A DNA stretch of 64,000 nt from assembly GCA_951406725.2 (NCBI GenBank), contig OX597816.1, forward strand, positions 87,296,001 through 87,360,000. The letters run 5' to 3'. A program made the translations under genes and the position numbers. Under the pieces are notes generated by a model. It ran no database searches. It worked only from the letters and a program-made list of their open reading frames with translations, and was not told where the DNA came from. The stretch is from Octopus vulgaris (Eukaryota). The first letter of the stretch is position 1. Each line of letters begins with the position of its first letter. Of this stretch, positions 26,620-40,889 are shown piece after piece.

Positions 26620-27000
26620 GTCGAGCTGGCAGATTTGTTACCGTACCTGTAAAAAATGCTTTACCGGCATGTCATCCGACTTTAGATTCTGAGTTCAGAT
26701 GCCGCAGGATTCGACTTTGCCTTTCATCGTTTCGATCTGCGTAAAATAAGTAGCAACAGATCACTGGAGTCAATGTAATCCACTCAGTGAAGGCGCGTAG
26801 CTTAGTGGTTAGGGTGTTAGACTCATGATCGTATGATTGTGGTTTCGATACCTGGACTGGGCGTCCAGCCTATTCAGCTAGCAAAAATGAGAAATCCTGC
26901 GACGAACTGGCGCCCCTTCCATGTGGAGGAATTCATATGCCATGGAAGCTGGGAAACGTACCCTTATGAGTCGGTATGACTCGAGAAGATAAGCTTTACC
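26620..27000 (+). mobile_element. Degenerate Meta-type SINE followed by a V-domain-like SINE
   Basis: GACTTTGCCTTTCATC at about 26713; second head TAGCTTAGTGGTTAG...GGTTTCGATACC; CCTGCGACGAACTGGCG. Confidence 0.6.
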
Positions 27001-27148
27001 TAACCCCCTCCCCGAAATCGCCGGCATTATGCCAAAATTCGGAACCATCTTGTGTCTACATATATGTTGGATGAGAGAGCGCGTGTATACGCATACACAC
27101 ATACACATACACACACATACATACACACATGTATATATGTGTGTGGTG

Positions 27149-27182
<34 letters not shown>

Positions 27183-27190
27183 TGTATGTA

Positions 27191-27227
<37 letters not shown>

Positions 27228-27302
27228 ATGTATGTGTGTATGTATGTATGTATGTATGTATGTATGTATGTATGTATGTATGTATGTATGTATGTATGTA
27301 TG

Positions 27303-27780
27303 TATGACAAGGAGCCGAATCCCAATGCCACAGGTATGGACTTCCTGCAACAACCCTCTCCAGCCAGGGTTTGACGACAGTTTCCAGAAGTTTCATATGG
27401 TCGCCTGATTTGAGTCTAATGCCCTGTTAAAATGTGTGGGGCGGCATGCCGTCACCCTCAGTGGAGACACACCAAAAGATCGCCTCAGTTTGAGAGATCT
27501 TGGTTTTCATGATGTAATGCAGCCCTTACATTGTTTACAGAGCAACAGTCACGATGTCAGCATTTTGTTACAAGGAATTCTTCTTCTAATACTCATTGGT
27601 TTCCTGTCCTCCATGTCAGCTAACTTTTTCTCAACTGCAACTTCAATCTTTCTGCTCTCCAACGCCATTGACTGTTCCCCCAATGTGTCTAGAGAGAGAT
27701 GTTCCTGAACGAAAAACAAGTTTCAGGAATTTCAAATACTGCATCCAGTGGTGTGGCTCTGGTACGGGAATTCCAGGGCT
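27303..27780 (-). pseudogene. Tc1/mariner (maT-like) transposase fragment
   Basis: FGCVSTEGDGMPP and KLLETVVKPWLERVVAGSPYLW..DSAPCH; related to 28841-30106. Confidence 0.7.
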
Positions 27781-27825
27781 TTGAGGAGTGTAGAATCACC
27801 TCTTAATCACTATGGTTCCTAGGTC

Positions 27826-28047
27826 TACGAGGGGATGCTGAAAAGTTCCTGGCTTTAAGGGTAGCGCAGAAGGCTTGGTTGGAGGCCTGATCTTCCAAGT
27901 GTTTTTAAAAGGCTTAGAAAAACTGAATGATTGTTGAAATAAGTGTGTGAATCTGAGAGGGGAATGTGTTGATCTAAATCATAATTAAAATTATCTTTCT
28001 GTATTTTCTTTTACCTAAAGCCAGGATCTTTTCAGCAGCCCCTCGTA
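27826..28047. mobile_element. Mariner-derived MITE
   Basis: TIR TACGAGGGGATGCTGAAAAGTTCCTGGCTTTA / TAAAGCCAGGATCTTTTCAGCAGCCCCTCGTA; TA termini. Confidence 0.85.
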
Positions 28048-28705
28048 TTCTGACCTAGAGTGGTAGCATCTGTTATGGTCACAATTATGGATTAATCAGC
28101 ATGTGAGCTACTGGGAGTCAAGGGCCCTTAGTTTTCGTTATAACTTCCTTCTACGAGAAGGTAAACTGGAATGAAAAGAAAAATGAAGTACAATTGGTTT
28201 CTGGTTGCCTAAACCTCTGTTGTGCAACTGGTTTTGTAACTGATTGCACGGAATAGTGAGTTCACTACAGTGCAACACATTATCCACACAACACAAATTC
28301 CCACACAGGAATATCTTGGATTCTCGGGACGTTTGCACGGATTCACTGAACTTAGAAAGTCGTCATTCGAGATCAGGAACTGACTTCCACCACATACACA
28401 TATATATGTAATCTATGTGTGTGTGGAGATAGGTTGGTGTGCGTGTGTGTGTACAGATACGTATAACTCAAACCATATCAACAGACACTTACGCACACAA
28501 ATGTATATTGTTATACATTTCAGCATATGTGTACAAAAGAATATATATAGAGGCTGTGTGTGAATGTAATGTTTTTGTTAACCATTTTTTCTAACTTCTT
28601 TACAGACAATATTATCATGAAAAACAAACCAAATTCAAAAAGGTGTACGCCTTTTCAGAGAAATAATATAAATAAGTATAAAAGTGAGCAAATATAGACC
28701 TATAC

Positions 28706-28736
<31 letters not shown>

Positions 28737-28840
28737 AGCACGCATACATACATACATACATACATACATACATACATACATACATACATACATACATACA
28801 TACATACATACATACATACATACATACATACATACATACA

Positions 28841-30106
28841 TACTGGGTGCGGTGAATAGATAGTCGTCTAAATTACGCAAAAATGAAAATAACACTGACA
28901 TCTCATTTTAACAGATATATTTACCAAAGTTACATAAAAATATCTTGAAATACTAAAATCGCCATTGGCTTCAACCACAGCCCGCAGACGACTTCGGAAT
29001 CTCCTGCAACTCTTCCGAGCAGTCTCCTTATTTAAGTTGGTCAGTGCTGCCATAATCCTTGCCTTCAGTTCATCTTTGGTATTACAAAGAGTTTTGATGG
29101 TCTCTCGCTCAACTGCGCCCCGTACATAATAATCAAGAGTGTTACAGTCTGAGGAGTTAGGTGGCCCAATGTTAGGCGTGATGTGGTCTGACAGCCATGA
29201 TTGGGTTCTCCTGTTTGTGTGGTATGGTGCAGAGTCCTGTTACCAGACATACGGTCTGGTGGATAGTCCTGTTACCAGCCATCCTCTTGACCCAAGGCAG
29301 CACTACCTCCTCCAGGCATTTGATGTAAGCCTCGTAGTTAAGTGTGAGGCCGTGTGGAAAGATGAATGGAGACATAACGTCGCCATCACTAGTGATCACT
29401 TCAAACACCATGATGTTCACTGGATGTTTGATTTTTATCACTCTCAACAAGCCAGCAGTTGTTTTGTGAGTTCAAGATCTAATCCTGGCAGAAATGTTTC
29501 TCGTCTGAGAAAAACCAATGCATGTTCGGTTAAAGGAGATGCTTGAGTTTATTCAAAAGCTTCGTAGCGCAGTCTTTCCCTCTTCTCCTTCATAGCTTGA
29601 GATAAAAAATTGGCCCTTTCTCATCTTGTATGAGCCATACCCAATGTCTTCATGCGCTATCTGCTTGATAAGAAACTCAGACACTCCTATGTCCCTGGCG
29701 ATAGACTTGATTGACTTGGAGGAATCGTTGTCAATCATGGCCTGGATCTCACCAACAAATTCAGAAGTTCTTTTCTTATCAGAACGATCAGAGTGAGTTT
29801 TCCAAGCTGCCGTACCTTCGTAATCATCATTAAATTCATCCAAGACTTTCCGAATCCTCCGCACTGTCTTCAGATTGACACCCAAACACTCTGAAATGTT
29901 TCTATTAGAGCTTCCGGCGTGAATGCCAAGCAGTACAACATGTCATTTCCAAATTTCTTGCAGAGTGAATTGTGTCATGGTGCTGCTTTTCTCACAGATG
30001 GTGCTCAACTGACCCTATTACACTGTGTAGTTGATAAAATCCCAAGTAAACAATGCGCAAAATTAAAAATATAAATTGGCGACAATTTATCCATCGCACT
30101 CTCTAT
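28841..30106 (-). mobile_element. Near full-length decayed Tc1/mariner (maT-like) transposon
   Basis: HTH-region ORF 29553-29885, KHPVNIMVF..ITSDGDVM.PFIF, QDSAPYH and WPPNSSDCN.LDYYV; imperfect TIRs (TACTGGGTGCGGTGAATAGATAGTCG vs reverse-complement GAGTGCGATGGATAAATTGTCG). Confidence 0.8.
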
Positions 30107-30129
30107 ATATACATGTGTACACACACACA

Positions 30130-30215
<86 letters not shown>

Positions 30216-31848
30216 AAAGTTCGTTTATAAAATGTTCTCATGTTCCAAATGCTATTATTTTGCATTATATAAAGACGGCAGTTGTTGGCAGAGCGCTCAA
30301 CCGGAATTTGAGAGGCATAGGTTTCGAGACTCAGTAGAGGCTTGCTGGCCACTTTTCCCCATAAAGGTATTTACCCGATGTTCTAAGATGTCTTCACAGC
30401 CATCCCGCGTTCGAGAATTCCCTTATTTTCCGTAGAATACCGACTCACTTAGTACTTCTAAAATTGTCTACTAAATGTTCTCATATATGTGTGTATGTGT
30501 GCGTGTGTATATGCTACTTAATGTGAATGTATTACTTAGAAAGCTGAATATTGCGGCATTTGCCTCGGTGCCCCAGCATGGCCACAGCTTGTAAGCTGAA
30601 ACTAAATAAAATAAAATAAAATAAATATATAAATGCACAGTTCTAAGGGCACTGTTGTATATTGTAGCAAACAAGAACTTCTGATAAAGGCGCCGGAACT
30701 GCCAGATCACGTCATTTCAACATACTTAGCTTCCTCAGTGGCAGGCATCCGTTTACCACATACCAGCCAAATGTCACTGCCTACATTATATACAATAACA
30801 GAGACTTTTATTTCTGTCATTGACGTCGCGAATAGCCGAATGACTTATTGAAAAATAAATAAAAGTGACGGAAGCAGTAATAATACCGAATTATAATCTT
30901 TATATCCAAAGATGTATTATTTGAACGCTGAATCCTATGATATTTATCTCAAGAGGTCCTCTTTCATAAACGTATGGTGCTTAGAGCACAGATGTATAAC
31001 GTAGCAGACGATAACCGAGGGGTATGAGTCCTAATATTTATTTTTTAATAAGCCTGTATATATATTTTTGTCTGTGTTACGTGTATATTTGTGTAAGTCT
31101 GTGTCTCTCTACGCATGCGTGCGTGTCCGTGAGTAAGCATGATTATGCAAAGTGTTATTGCATTCGATTTTTTCACATAAATATAAAAATAAGGGTGCGT
31201 TTGCTTCTTTCTTTTTAACCTTTGTAGTACTCGTGTTTTGTTATTAGATATTAAAAAAAAGTAGAAAAGACTGAAATCGGATCACTGGCAACAAAGTAAA
31301 AGAAAGAAAAAAAGAATGAAAGAAAAAATTAAAGAATGAAAAAAAAAGAAAGCGATAAAAAGGAGTGGAAGTGCTTGTTGATGTGAGAAGCAATATTTGA
31401 AAACAGGTTTGTTTTACGGTGTTTTTGCTTTCTTTGGTTCAAAGAAAAAAGTGTGTTATTTTTACTGATTTGTTGAAGTTTAGTGAAAAGTAGTTGCTCT
31501 TATACGCTACAAGACCCAGTTAAAAGAAGAAAGAGACAGACAATATATGAACTTACGAAGAGGGGAAAAGTTTCGCCGTTGCAACTAAAATTCTCTATAA
31601 AGTGTAGAGCGAAGAGTATCAGATAGAATTCCGAGTAGAATTTGTATTAGAACTCTGCACTCTGAAATCAAATCTTGCCGAAGGTAAATTCACAATTCTT
31701 CGTTTTGAACTTGACAAAGAAAAGTACCTATTTTGTCGGCCGTGCCTTTCACAGAAGTTCTAAGTCGCGGGGACGTAAACAATCTAACAACGGTTGTCAT
31801 GCGGTAGCGGGCAATAAACACAAACACAAAGACACGCTTGCGCGCACG

Positions 31849-31883
<35 letters not shown>

Positions 31884-33933
31884 TGTTCGACTTGCATTGA
31901 GTCAAATCTCCCTAGAATCAGAATCTAGGAGCTTATGAGAGTAAAGGTACATTGGATAATGATTAGCTTTCTATACGTGAGGTAAAGAAAGACAGAGCAT
32001 AGTAATACCTGGAATGGCTTTGATCAAATATCTACTCAGTTACAGCTGACTTCGAGTTAAGCAACAACAAAAACATCATAGTAGTTAAATCATCTTCAAA
32101 CTACACCTTACTGCTTTAAAGAAAGGAAACGAAAGACATAGTAGGAATTTCAGGCTTGAATATACATTACAGCACATGCAAAGAAGAGAAGGAAAAAAGA
32201 TGGAAAGAAGCGACTTTATTTTGTTAAGAGAGCTGCACGAAATATTCCTACATAGAAATCTTTAATTTCCTATCATTAACTGAATAGCTTTGAGATATAA
32301 AATAAGACTCCTATTTTTTTATTATCATTTTATAGCAATTCTTGATGGATGTAATATAATATTCATTCTAAGGAATCCCTGGAAACATAAGCTGAACGAT
32401 AAAAGAACTATTGTGTAAGAAGACCAAATTCTTACATAATTCCGATGACAACTGGTGTCTATAACGAACTTTCGTCTCCCACTTTTCTTCTTTTTATTTT
32501 ATTTTTTTAGATAGGAGTGGGATAGAAGTGGGGAACATCTCTTCACCAGAAAAAGTATTACATTGATAAAGATAATTGATTATTCTTGAAACAAACCCCT
32601 ACTGTTGTCTTAACTGTCAGATTTTCCTGTTCAAAAGACTTGGAACTACTAAGATAACACGATGTCGGCAATTCGAAGCAAGAAGATCTACCTGCTGATA
32701 TCGCAGTCAAATACAATTCCATCAAAGAAATCTCAAATACAATTCCCTTAAAGAGCACCATAACAATTAAAGCTGAAATGAATTGTCTTCAATTAACTTT
32801 ATATTGTGATTTTCCAGCTGGATATAATCTCCCTCGTTCAAAACACTAATCACTCAAGCGTGAAGTAGAAGTGGATTTAATTGCCGCTAAGTTAACGGAG
32901 GAATGCAGTGAACTGTGTTTTGTTAAGAGGACAAGAGAAGCTTCTATAGAGTATGTGCAACAAATGTAAACATTCTGTTCTTTAGCTGATGTATTATTTT
33001 TTTACTAGTAATTCATTAATTTAAACCATCAAGTCTATAGACCTGTTTATATCGCCTTCTGCCCCAGGATAGTACCTACATGTAGTCATTCGAATATATA
33101 GAAACAGCAGCTAATTCTTGCCAAAGGCGTACTCTACTGTCTTTGAAAAAAGAAATTTAGGATATGTTAAAACGTCGTCCTAGACAACTAAAAAGAAAGG
33201 AAAATCAAAGCTGAACCACTTTTGATAATACGTCTGCTCAATCAAAACTGACCTGAAGTTAAAGAATAACAACTACGACGGTCACAATCACGACAACATC
33301 AACAAGAAGAAGAAGAAAAACAACAACCACAACCACAACAATAACTAGTTCGTGGTTTTCACGCTGTTTCTGCTGAATAACCTTGGGTTCATGTTTGGTA
33401 AAGACTAATATAGCAAGTTGATAGGTCAGTGACTTCGTAGTAGTTTTATTATCCAAGCTACATAACATTAGCAGATGGTTTAGCTACGGAGACAATAATG
33501 AATAGTGCCTTGAGATTTCTATGAAAAGTTTGTGAGGAAAATTTCGTCCAAATTTACTGAAATTTTGTGAAGGGAATTCAATATTTGTTGACCTTTAAAT
33601 GCCAAACAGTTGTATCGTATAGATTCCTGATATCTGTATGGCGAGAAATCAGGCCATGGATATCGCACTTATATCTGATTCACTTCGGGTTTTGTTCTTT
33701 GTTTGTTTTTATTTCTTTTTACCTCTTTCTATGCCATGGTTTCAAGTTGCACTCTTAACAAATCTCCAGATTAACGCAGAAAGAAAGAATTATAAAGATA
33801 TATCAATAACTCTAATACATCCAAGAACTGATAAACTCCTGGTGTGTGTGTGTGTGGGTGCGCGCGCGCACGCGCGTGTGGAGAGAGACACGTAAACAGA
33901 CAGATAGATAGATAGATAGATAGATAGACAGGT

Positions 33934-34026
<93 letters not shown>

Positions 34027-34029
34027 GAT

Positions 34030-34109
<80 letters not shown>

Positions 34110-34121
34110 GGGGAGAGAGAG

Positions 34122-34404
34122 AGACAACATTCTTTATTGGCCACACAGGGCTGAACACAGAGGGGACAAATACAAATGTAGAGCTTTGTTTTTCGAAAAT
34201 GAAAAAAAAAGAAAGTGGGAAATAAGAAAAAAAGTGAAATTCCGATCAAAAGGGATCAGGGAAAACGATCAAAAGAGATCGTGTATCACAGAAGAGTTTT
34301 TAAAATGTAAAAAGTAAGATTAGGTTTATCCGTGGAAAGAAAAGTCTACTGAAATGACCACGGTAACCTCAGGCAGGGAGGGAATAAACACATGAGAGCA
34401 AAGT

Positions 34405-34437
<33 letters not shown>

Positions 34438-35220
34438 ACAGGATCATGCTCAAAGTGGTTTCAAAGTGGTTTCATCACTTGCACGCACCATCTTTGCTAG
34501 ATTCACCCACCTTTTTTTGAAACTTTCACGAAACAAAATCTTCCTTTTCAAGTGGTACTTGAAAAAGTTGACGAGCGATTGACCAGAGGGGTAAGTGTTT
34601 GTCTCTAATCCTTTCGCTCGAGTCCACCACACACATTCTTTCACCATAGCCACCTGTACGATGAAGACTGCCTTGTCTTCCCGATTGAGGGTAGGTAGCG
34701 GAACAATTGTCACGATAGACTCGGTCGACAAGCGAACTCGTCCCACACTGTGACTCGCAGTGCCATTCGCCTAGCTTCGGTCTCTGTTTGATCCACGACT
34801 GCAGTTCGGCCAAGGAGACTAGCTGCGGGAAAGCGCGCCACACAAACGGCGACCACACCTGTTCACCGTCATGTATGAAGCGCCGGAGATGTCGCAGTCT
34901 CAGCGCATGTCTGTGCTTCATCAACTGCAGTATGCCTAGCCTCCATTTAGCGGGTGTTGGCAGCAAATGGATCGCCTAACCATTGGAACACTTGGAAGCG
35001 GAAGAGTATGCGTTCCAGTTTGGTGATGGTAGGGTCGGGACAAGACACGACGGTCAGGCGATAATCGATGGCGGATGCAATGTACGCGTTCGCCACCTCC
35101 GCCCGACCTTTTAGGGATAGCTTCCTCTCGGCCCATTGCTGGGTGAGAGTGGCCACATTAGTCATTATTTCGGTCCAGCGTCCCACGATGGAGACGCTGC
35201 TGAACGACATGGGCTTGCTT
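34122..35220 (-). mobile_element. Tx1/L1-clade LINE copy C (diverged, internally deleted)
   Basis: WAERKLSLKGRAEVAN, HALRLRHL and KECVWWTR; conserved 3' UTR; GATA-type tracts at both ends. Confidence 0.85.
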
Positions 35221-35351
35221 AAATAAATAAATAGATAGACAGACAGACAGACAGATAGCTAGATAGATACATGCATGCATACATACATACATACATACAT
35301 ACATACATACATACATACATACATACATACATACATACATACATACATGCA

Positions 35352-35905
35352 TATATGGTGGCTGCCCCCTCGTTATCGAGTATGGCCATTGCACGAAGCT
35401 TAATCAATGTTGTTATCGTGCAATGCCTGTGCAAGAAGATTTTTTTTTAAAGTGAGGAAAGGCTGTGCACTGAGTCAATCCCACTCACTAAGCAACAGCA
35501 GCCATAATCCGAAAAGAAAACAAGTCAGCATCATCGGTAACCGCTGAGCCGCAGGTTTATGTCGGAGTTATTCCAGTTACCTGAGTTACCTTCTCCTAGA
35601 AGGATGCCCTAACAAAGGCTAGGAGTCCTTCACTCCCAATGGTTTAACCGCGCGATCGGGTATTCAGTCCGATTATTGCTATGTCCCCGCGCATGACACA
35701 GCCTTAAGACATTTATTGGATGGCCGTTGACTCTCAAGAGTTCCTCCGCCCTTTGAGGGTTTTGTTTTTCATCCCGCAGGGTGTCCAATAAACACCCTCC
35801 TCACCAAGCAAGCTTGGTGGGGTTGCCGCTTTAGTCGCCGACGACCCGACCATACAACAGGTTGTACTGGTTTGCATGTTACCAGTAGCACTCGAAATTG
35901 ACCTG
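35352..35905 (-). mobile_element. Non-coding bipartite RTE-derived element (5' UTR + 3' end)
   Basis: 5' part matches the RTE 5' region at 54258-54350; 3' end CAATGGCCATACTCGATAACGAG..GCCACCA resembles the RTE end at 56099-56133; inserted in (ATAC)n. Confidence 0.65.
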
Positions 35906-37066
35906 ACATACATACATACATACATACATACATACATACATACATACATACATACATACATACATACATACATACAATTATTGTCTTGGTCGCGAAACCA
36001 TCTGATATGTATTATAAAATAAAACTATCACGAAGTCACTAATCTATCAACTGGTAGTATTAGCCATTACTAAATATGGTTATTCATTGCAAATGATCTA
36101 AAACAGTTGCTACTCAAAGGCCTACGACCTCAGCTCATTTTCTTTAATTCTGTGTTTAGTAATAAATATGTTTCTATCTTACTAATCAGAAATAGGAGTC
36201 GACATAATATCCACGCAACTGGTGACTATTTTTGCATCTCATATTTTTTGAGACACACACACACACATGCAAACACACTTACACGAACGTATGTTTTGTG
36301 TATGTTTGTGTATGTGAGTCAGTATAAGTGTATACTAAGTGTGTGTATATGTATGTTTCAATGATCGTGTAAACAATAGGTACTAATTACTGGTTATGTA
36401 CACTCCAATTTGTTCGCAATTGGTTAGTAAGAAGAGGAAATATATTAGTATTACCAAAATTAGTAATTAACGAAAAATGAGAATAGCTCACATGTCCTTG
36501 AGCAAGGATCATCAGAGTGAAGGAGGAATTTGTTGTTTTAGATAATTTGTTGTGTATACACAATGAAAAATTTTATACTCGAGGAGGCTTAAAATGGGGA
36601 AGAGTGCTTTCAGAATGTCTTTTCCTTTAACTCGTGTCAGGTTTTAAGAATTCTTCCTTCTAGGGATTATCTCTTCTCATTTGAAATTGGTTCTACTTTT
36701 TTAACAGCAGAGATAATTTTGAAGGATTCAAGACTTTATCTCGAATGATATATAATATATGATAAATTTTTCAGCCTTTCATCAATTTATGTAACTTTAC
36801 AGCTGTTTAAGCCTTAAGTCAGGAGGCTTCAGAAGTGAATATAGATGTATCTAACCATGTGACTTCTATACGATTACGGCCGTTTGCAACCTTCTTCATA
36901 TTGGGTTGGTTTCAGATATTTTTTTTCGCATTAATTTTCATTTTTATATTGATACGTAAAATTACGTTACTTTGTAATTGATTAATACGCGAACTGATAG
37001 CCGATACAGTAAAAGGTGCTTACTGTGATAACCGCACGATTCTCCGATCTATATTTTACACTCTCC

Positions 37067-37112
<46 letters not shown>

Positions 37113-37756
37113 ACACACATACACATGCACATAAATACATACATGCATGCATATACTCACGCATACACAAACACACGCGCAAACACACTCATATGGCCGA
37201 GTGGTTAAGGCGTTTATACTACTATAAAATTGTTGGTAGCGAGCTCGATCTTACTGTTTGGTATCTAGAGCCAGTGCTTGAAGGATCCTTAGTCACTTGC
37301 AGCATCTTTGACCCCAATGAAAGATCCATTTTATTTACTTATCTATTTATTTACATCGTCGTCAGCAATCCTTCGAGGTCGACAAGATTGATTGACCTCC
37401 TATTACAGACAACTCACATAAAATTTTGTCGGTAAATGTGATATTCTCGAATCTATTCACAGATGAATAATTTTCATTATCACATGTAAGGCATAACAAA
37501 ATGGCCGTTGTCTTTCAGTCATTTCGCAGTGCTTTTTACAACCACATTTAACATTAAGACGTTAAGTCTATACTCCGTCCATGTATTTGGCTCCCTCATA
37601 CATAGACCGTCTCCACCTGTGTCGATTATTTGCTGACAATTTCTATATATATACACGTTGAGGCGCCACTTTTAAAATTTCCTTTAAGTACGTCTTTGAA
37701 TTTCTTCCCTTGTCTGATTTGTGTGCGCTTTCTTCCTTAAGGCTGGTAATAGAGGC

Positions 37757-38109
37757 GATCACACCTGTTCACCGTCGTCTACGTAGAGCCGGAGATGTCG
37801 CAATTCCAGCGCATGTCTGGCATCATCAATCACGGCATGTCCAGCCCTTCTTTTAACGGGTATCGGCAGCAAACGGATCACCTGACTCTCGGAACCCATC
37901 CTTTCCACAAGAAGCGGAAGAGAATGCATTCCAGTTTGGTGATGGTAAGATCGGGACAAGGCACGACGGTCAGGCGGTAGAAGATGGCGGATGCGATGTA
38001 CGTGTTCGCCACATCCACCCGTCCCTTTAGGGAAAGCTTCCTCTAGGCCCATTGCCAGGCAAGTGTGACCACCCTACTCGTTATCTCGTTCCAGTTCTTC
38101 TCCGTTTCC
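37757..38109 (-). mobile_element. Tx1/L1-clade LINE fragment D
   Basis: Aligns with about 9757-10105 (YVDDGEQV, EKNWNEITSRV); its 5' junction meets a degenerate GATA/GA tract. Confidence 0.8.
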
Positions 38110-38314
38110 TAGATCGATCGAGAGAGAGAGAGAGAGAGAGAGATGGGCAGATAGATAGATAGGACTGTTTAAAACTGAAAATTCATTACGTTGCTACTCA
38201 ATGATTCAGGTTTGCATACGTTCGTTCAAGCAATATTGGCCCTTAAATAGAAATTTAAAACTTTAACACACGCAAATGAGCATTTGTATGCGTGAGTACA
38301 CGATCGTATAGTCA

Positions 38315-38585
38315 TGAGTTCGATTATCGGCGGCGCATTGTGTCTTTGAACAAAACACTTCATTTTATATTGCTCCAGTTCACTCAGCTGGCAAAAACGA
38401 GTAGTACCTGTAATTCAAAGAGCCAGCCTTGTCACCTCCTGTGTCACGCTGAATCTCCCTAACAACTATGTTAAGGGCAAACGTGTCTGCGGAGAGCTCA
38501 GCCACTTGCACATAAATTTCACGTGCAGGATGTTCCGTTGATCGGATCAACTGGAACCACTCGTCGCCGTAACCGACAGAGTGTC
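38315..38585 (+). mobile_element. CORE-type SINE
   Basis: B-box-like GAGTTCGATT and CORE-like TGTGTCTTTGAACAAAACACTTCAT...CCAGTTCACTCAGCTG. Confidence 0.6.
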
Positions 38586-40118
38586 AATATGTATTGATAC
38601 ATCATTTGGAATGGATGGCTTACCTTCTCGTAATTCGGATATCAGGAATCTGTACGATACAACCATTTGGCATTTCAGGTCTATAAACGTTCAGTTCTTC
38701 TCCGAAATTTTCAATAAATTTGGACGAAATCTTACTCAGAAATTTTTAATTGAAATCTGACGGCACCTTTTACTATTATTGCCTTGGTCGCGAAACAATC
38801 TGATATATATTATAAAATAAAACTATCACGAAGTCACTAATCTATCAACTGGTAGTATTAGCTATTACTAAATATGGTTATTCATTGCAAATGATCTAAA
38901 ACAGCTGCTACTCAAAGGCCTACGTCCTCAGCTCATTTTCTTTAATGCTGTGTTTAGTAATAAATATGTTTCTATCTTACTAATCAGAAATAGGGGTCGA
39001 CATAATATTCACTCAACTGGTGACTATTTTTGCATCTCATATTTTTTGAGACACACACACACTAACACAAACATACGTTTGCGTATGTGAGTCAGTATAA
39101 GTGTATATTGAGTGCGTGTATATGTATGTTTCAATGATCGTGTAAACAATAGGTACCAATTACTTGTTATGTACACTCCAATTTGCTCATAATTGGTTAG
39201 TAAGAAGAGGAAATATATTAGTATTACCAAAATTAGTAATTAACGAAACATGAGATTAGCTCACATGTCCTTGAGCAAGGATCATCAGAGTGAAGGGGGA
39301 ATTTATTGTTTTATATAATTTGTCGTGTACACACAATGAAAAATTTTATACTCGAGAAGACTTAAAATGGAGAAGAGTGCTTTCAGAATATATTTTCCTT
39401 TAAGTCGTGTCAGGTTTTAAGAATTCTTCCTTCTAGGGATTATCTCTTTCATTTGAAGAGAATGGCCGTTGTCTTGCAGTCATTTGGCAGTGCTTTTTAC
39501 AAGCACATTTATCATTAAGACGTTAAGTCTTAATGATAGACGTTAAGTCTCGCTCCCTCATACATAGACCGTCTCCACTTGTGTCGATTATTTCCTGACA
39601 ATTTCTATATATACTCGTTGAGGCAACATTTCTTAAATTTCCTTTAAGTACGTCTTTGAATTGCTTTCCTTGTCTGATTTGTGTGCGCTTTCTTCCTTGG
39701 GACCGGTAATAGAATAGTTGTTGGAGCAATCAGTTTGCGATCTCACTTCAATACAAATCAAACATGTTTTTATCGGTAGCAATATTAAAAATATAGTAAG
39801 ATCTTATTAATTGTATGTATGACACTGAATATATGTATATGAGTATCTCTGTATGGCGTACATTACATATAGAATTTTAAGAAACAAATATACGTACATG
39901 AATGATGTGAGTACTACAGTTACATACAATTGGCCGAATATTTTCTGTAAAGAAACTTCCTTAAGAATATTTTTTTCCCAATCCTCGGGTAACATGAAAC
40001 AACATGTATTATGTAGGTGAATACAACCACTGGCTAACTTAATTCCCATTTTTGGGTTGATTATAGCACGGCACAGCATGAACTAGTCAGATAGATGCAT
40101 AAATTTAATATTCATATT

Positions 40119-40634
40119 TATTGGGTTGGCCGGAAAGTTCGTGCCGATTTTTAAAGTCAAGAAAAGGGTCAATTGCACAATGCGTCTCCATCTTTCCTTT
40201 AACTTGAAAATATCCTCTTCCCAGAATTGAGGTGGTTTCATGGCAAATAATTCATCGAGGTATCTCTTTACGTCAACCAAGGAATTGAAATTTTTACCAT
40301 TAAGACTATTCTACTAAGACCTTAATAAGTGGAAATCCGAAGGAGCAATATCTGGTGAATATGGAGGGTGGGGTAAAACATCCCAGCCGAGCTGCAGCAA
40401 TTTTTGTCTGGTTCCCAAAGTATCAAGTGCCGAAAATAAACTTTCTTATCCTCCATTTTAAAGGGTTACAGAATTAACACGGGTTATAGGATCATAAACC
40501 TTCTTCCACGAAAAGATAGCTTAAACTGTGCTCTAAATGGAGCTGTAGTCAAATCCTATTTTATGGACTTGTTCTAAAATAAGTCGAAAGGTAAGCTACT
40601 ATAAATCGGCACGAACTTTCCGGACAACCCAATA
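40119..40634 (-). mobile_element. Internally deleted mariner element
   Basis: TIR TATTGGGTTGGCCGGAAAGTTCGTGCCGATTT / AAATCGGCACGAACTTTCCGGACAACCCAATA; encodes LGWDVLPHPPYSPDIAPSDFHL. Confidence 0.9.
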
Positions 40635-40889
40635 AATCCTTCATTACTGTGTCAGTAGTTACAATTCTAACATCTAATTAATCCATCTGCTCCTCATCAT
40701 TCGTGAATATGGCCCCTTAATTCTCCACTTGTGTCAGTGATGAGCCATTAACAAGCAGAGTGTCTTGAGATGACTTTCTTGAGAGGACCAATATCTCAGT
40801 CTTCATACCATTAATCCTTATCCCTGTCTTGCATTTAGAAAATGAGCGGTTGGTAAAAAAAAAAGTCACTCACTATCATCAGTTCGGTT

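Larger units (their letters stand above)
35977..39712. repeat. Local direct duplication of non-coding sequence
   Basis: 35977-36685 matches 38775-39456 and 37500-37752 matches 39461-39712; the second copy lacks about 0.8 kb. Confidence 0.85.

Noticed and set aside
30280-30345. tRNA-like sequence (also at 461-536 and about 43820-43870)
   Set aside because: Acceptor and T stems are incomplete; more likely decayed SINE heads than tRNA genes.
32808-32870. Possible terminal exon after TTTTCCAG
   Set aside because: Only a generic acceptor-like motif and a very short peptide; no partner exons recognised.
33530-33680. Inverted similarity with about 38600-38740
   Set aside because: Short and diverged; probably two copies of an unclassified dispersed repeat rather than the TIRs of one element.
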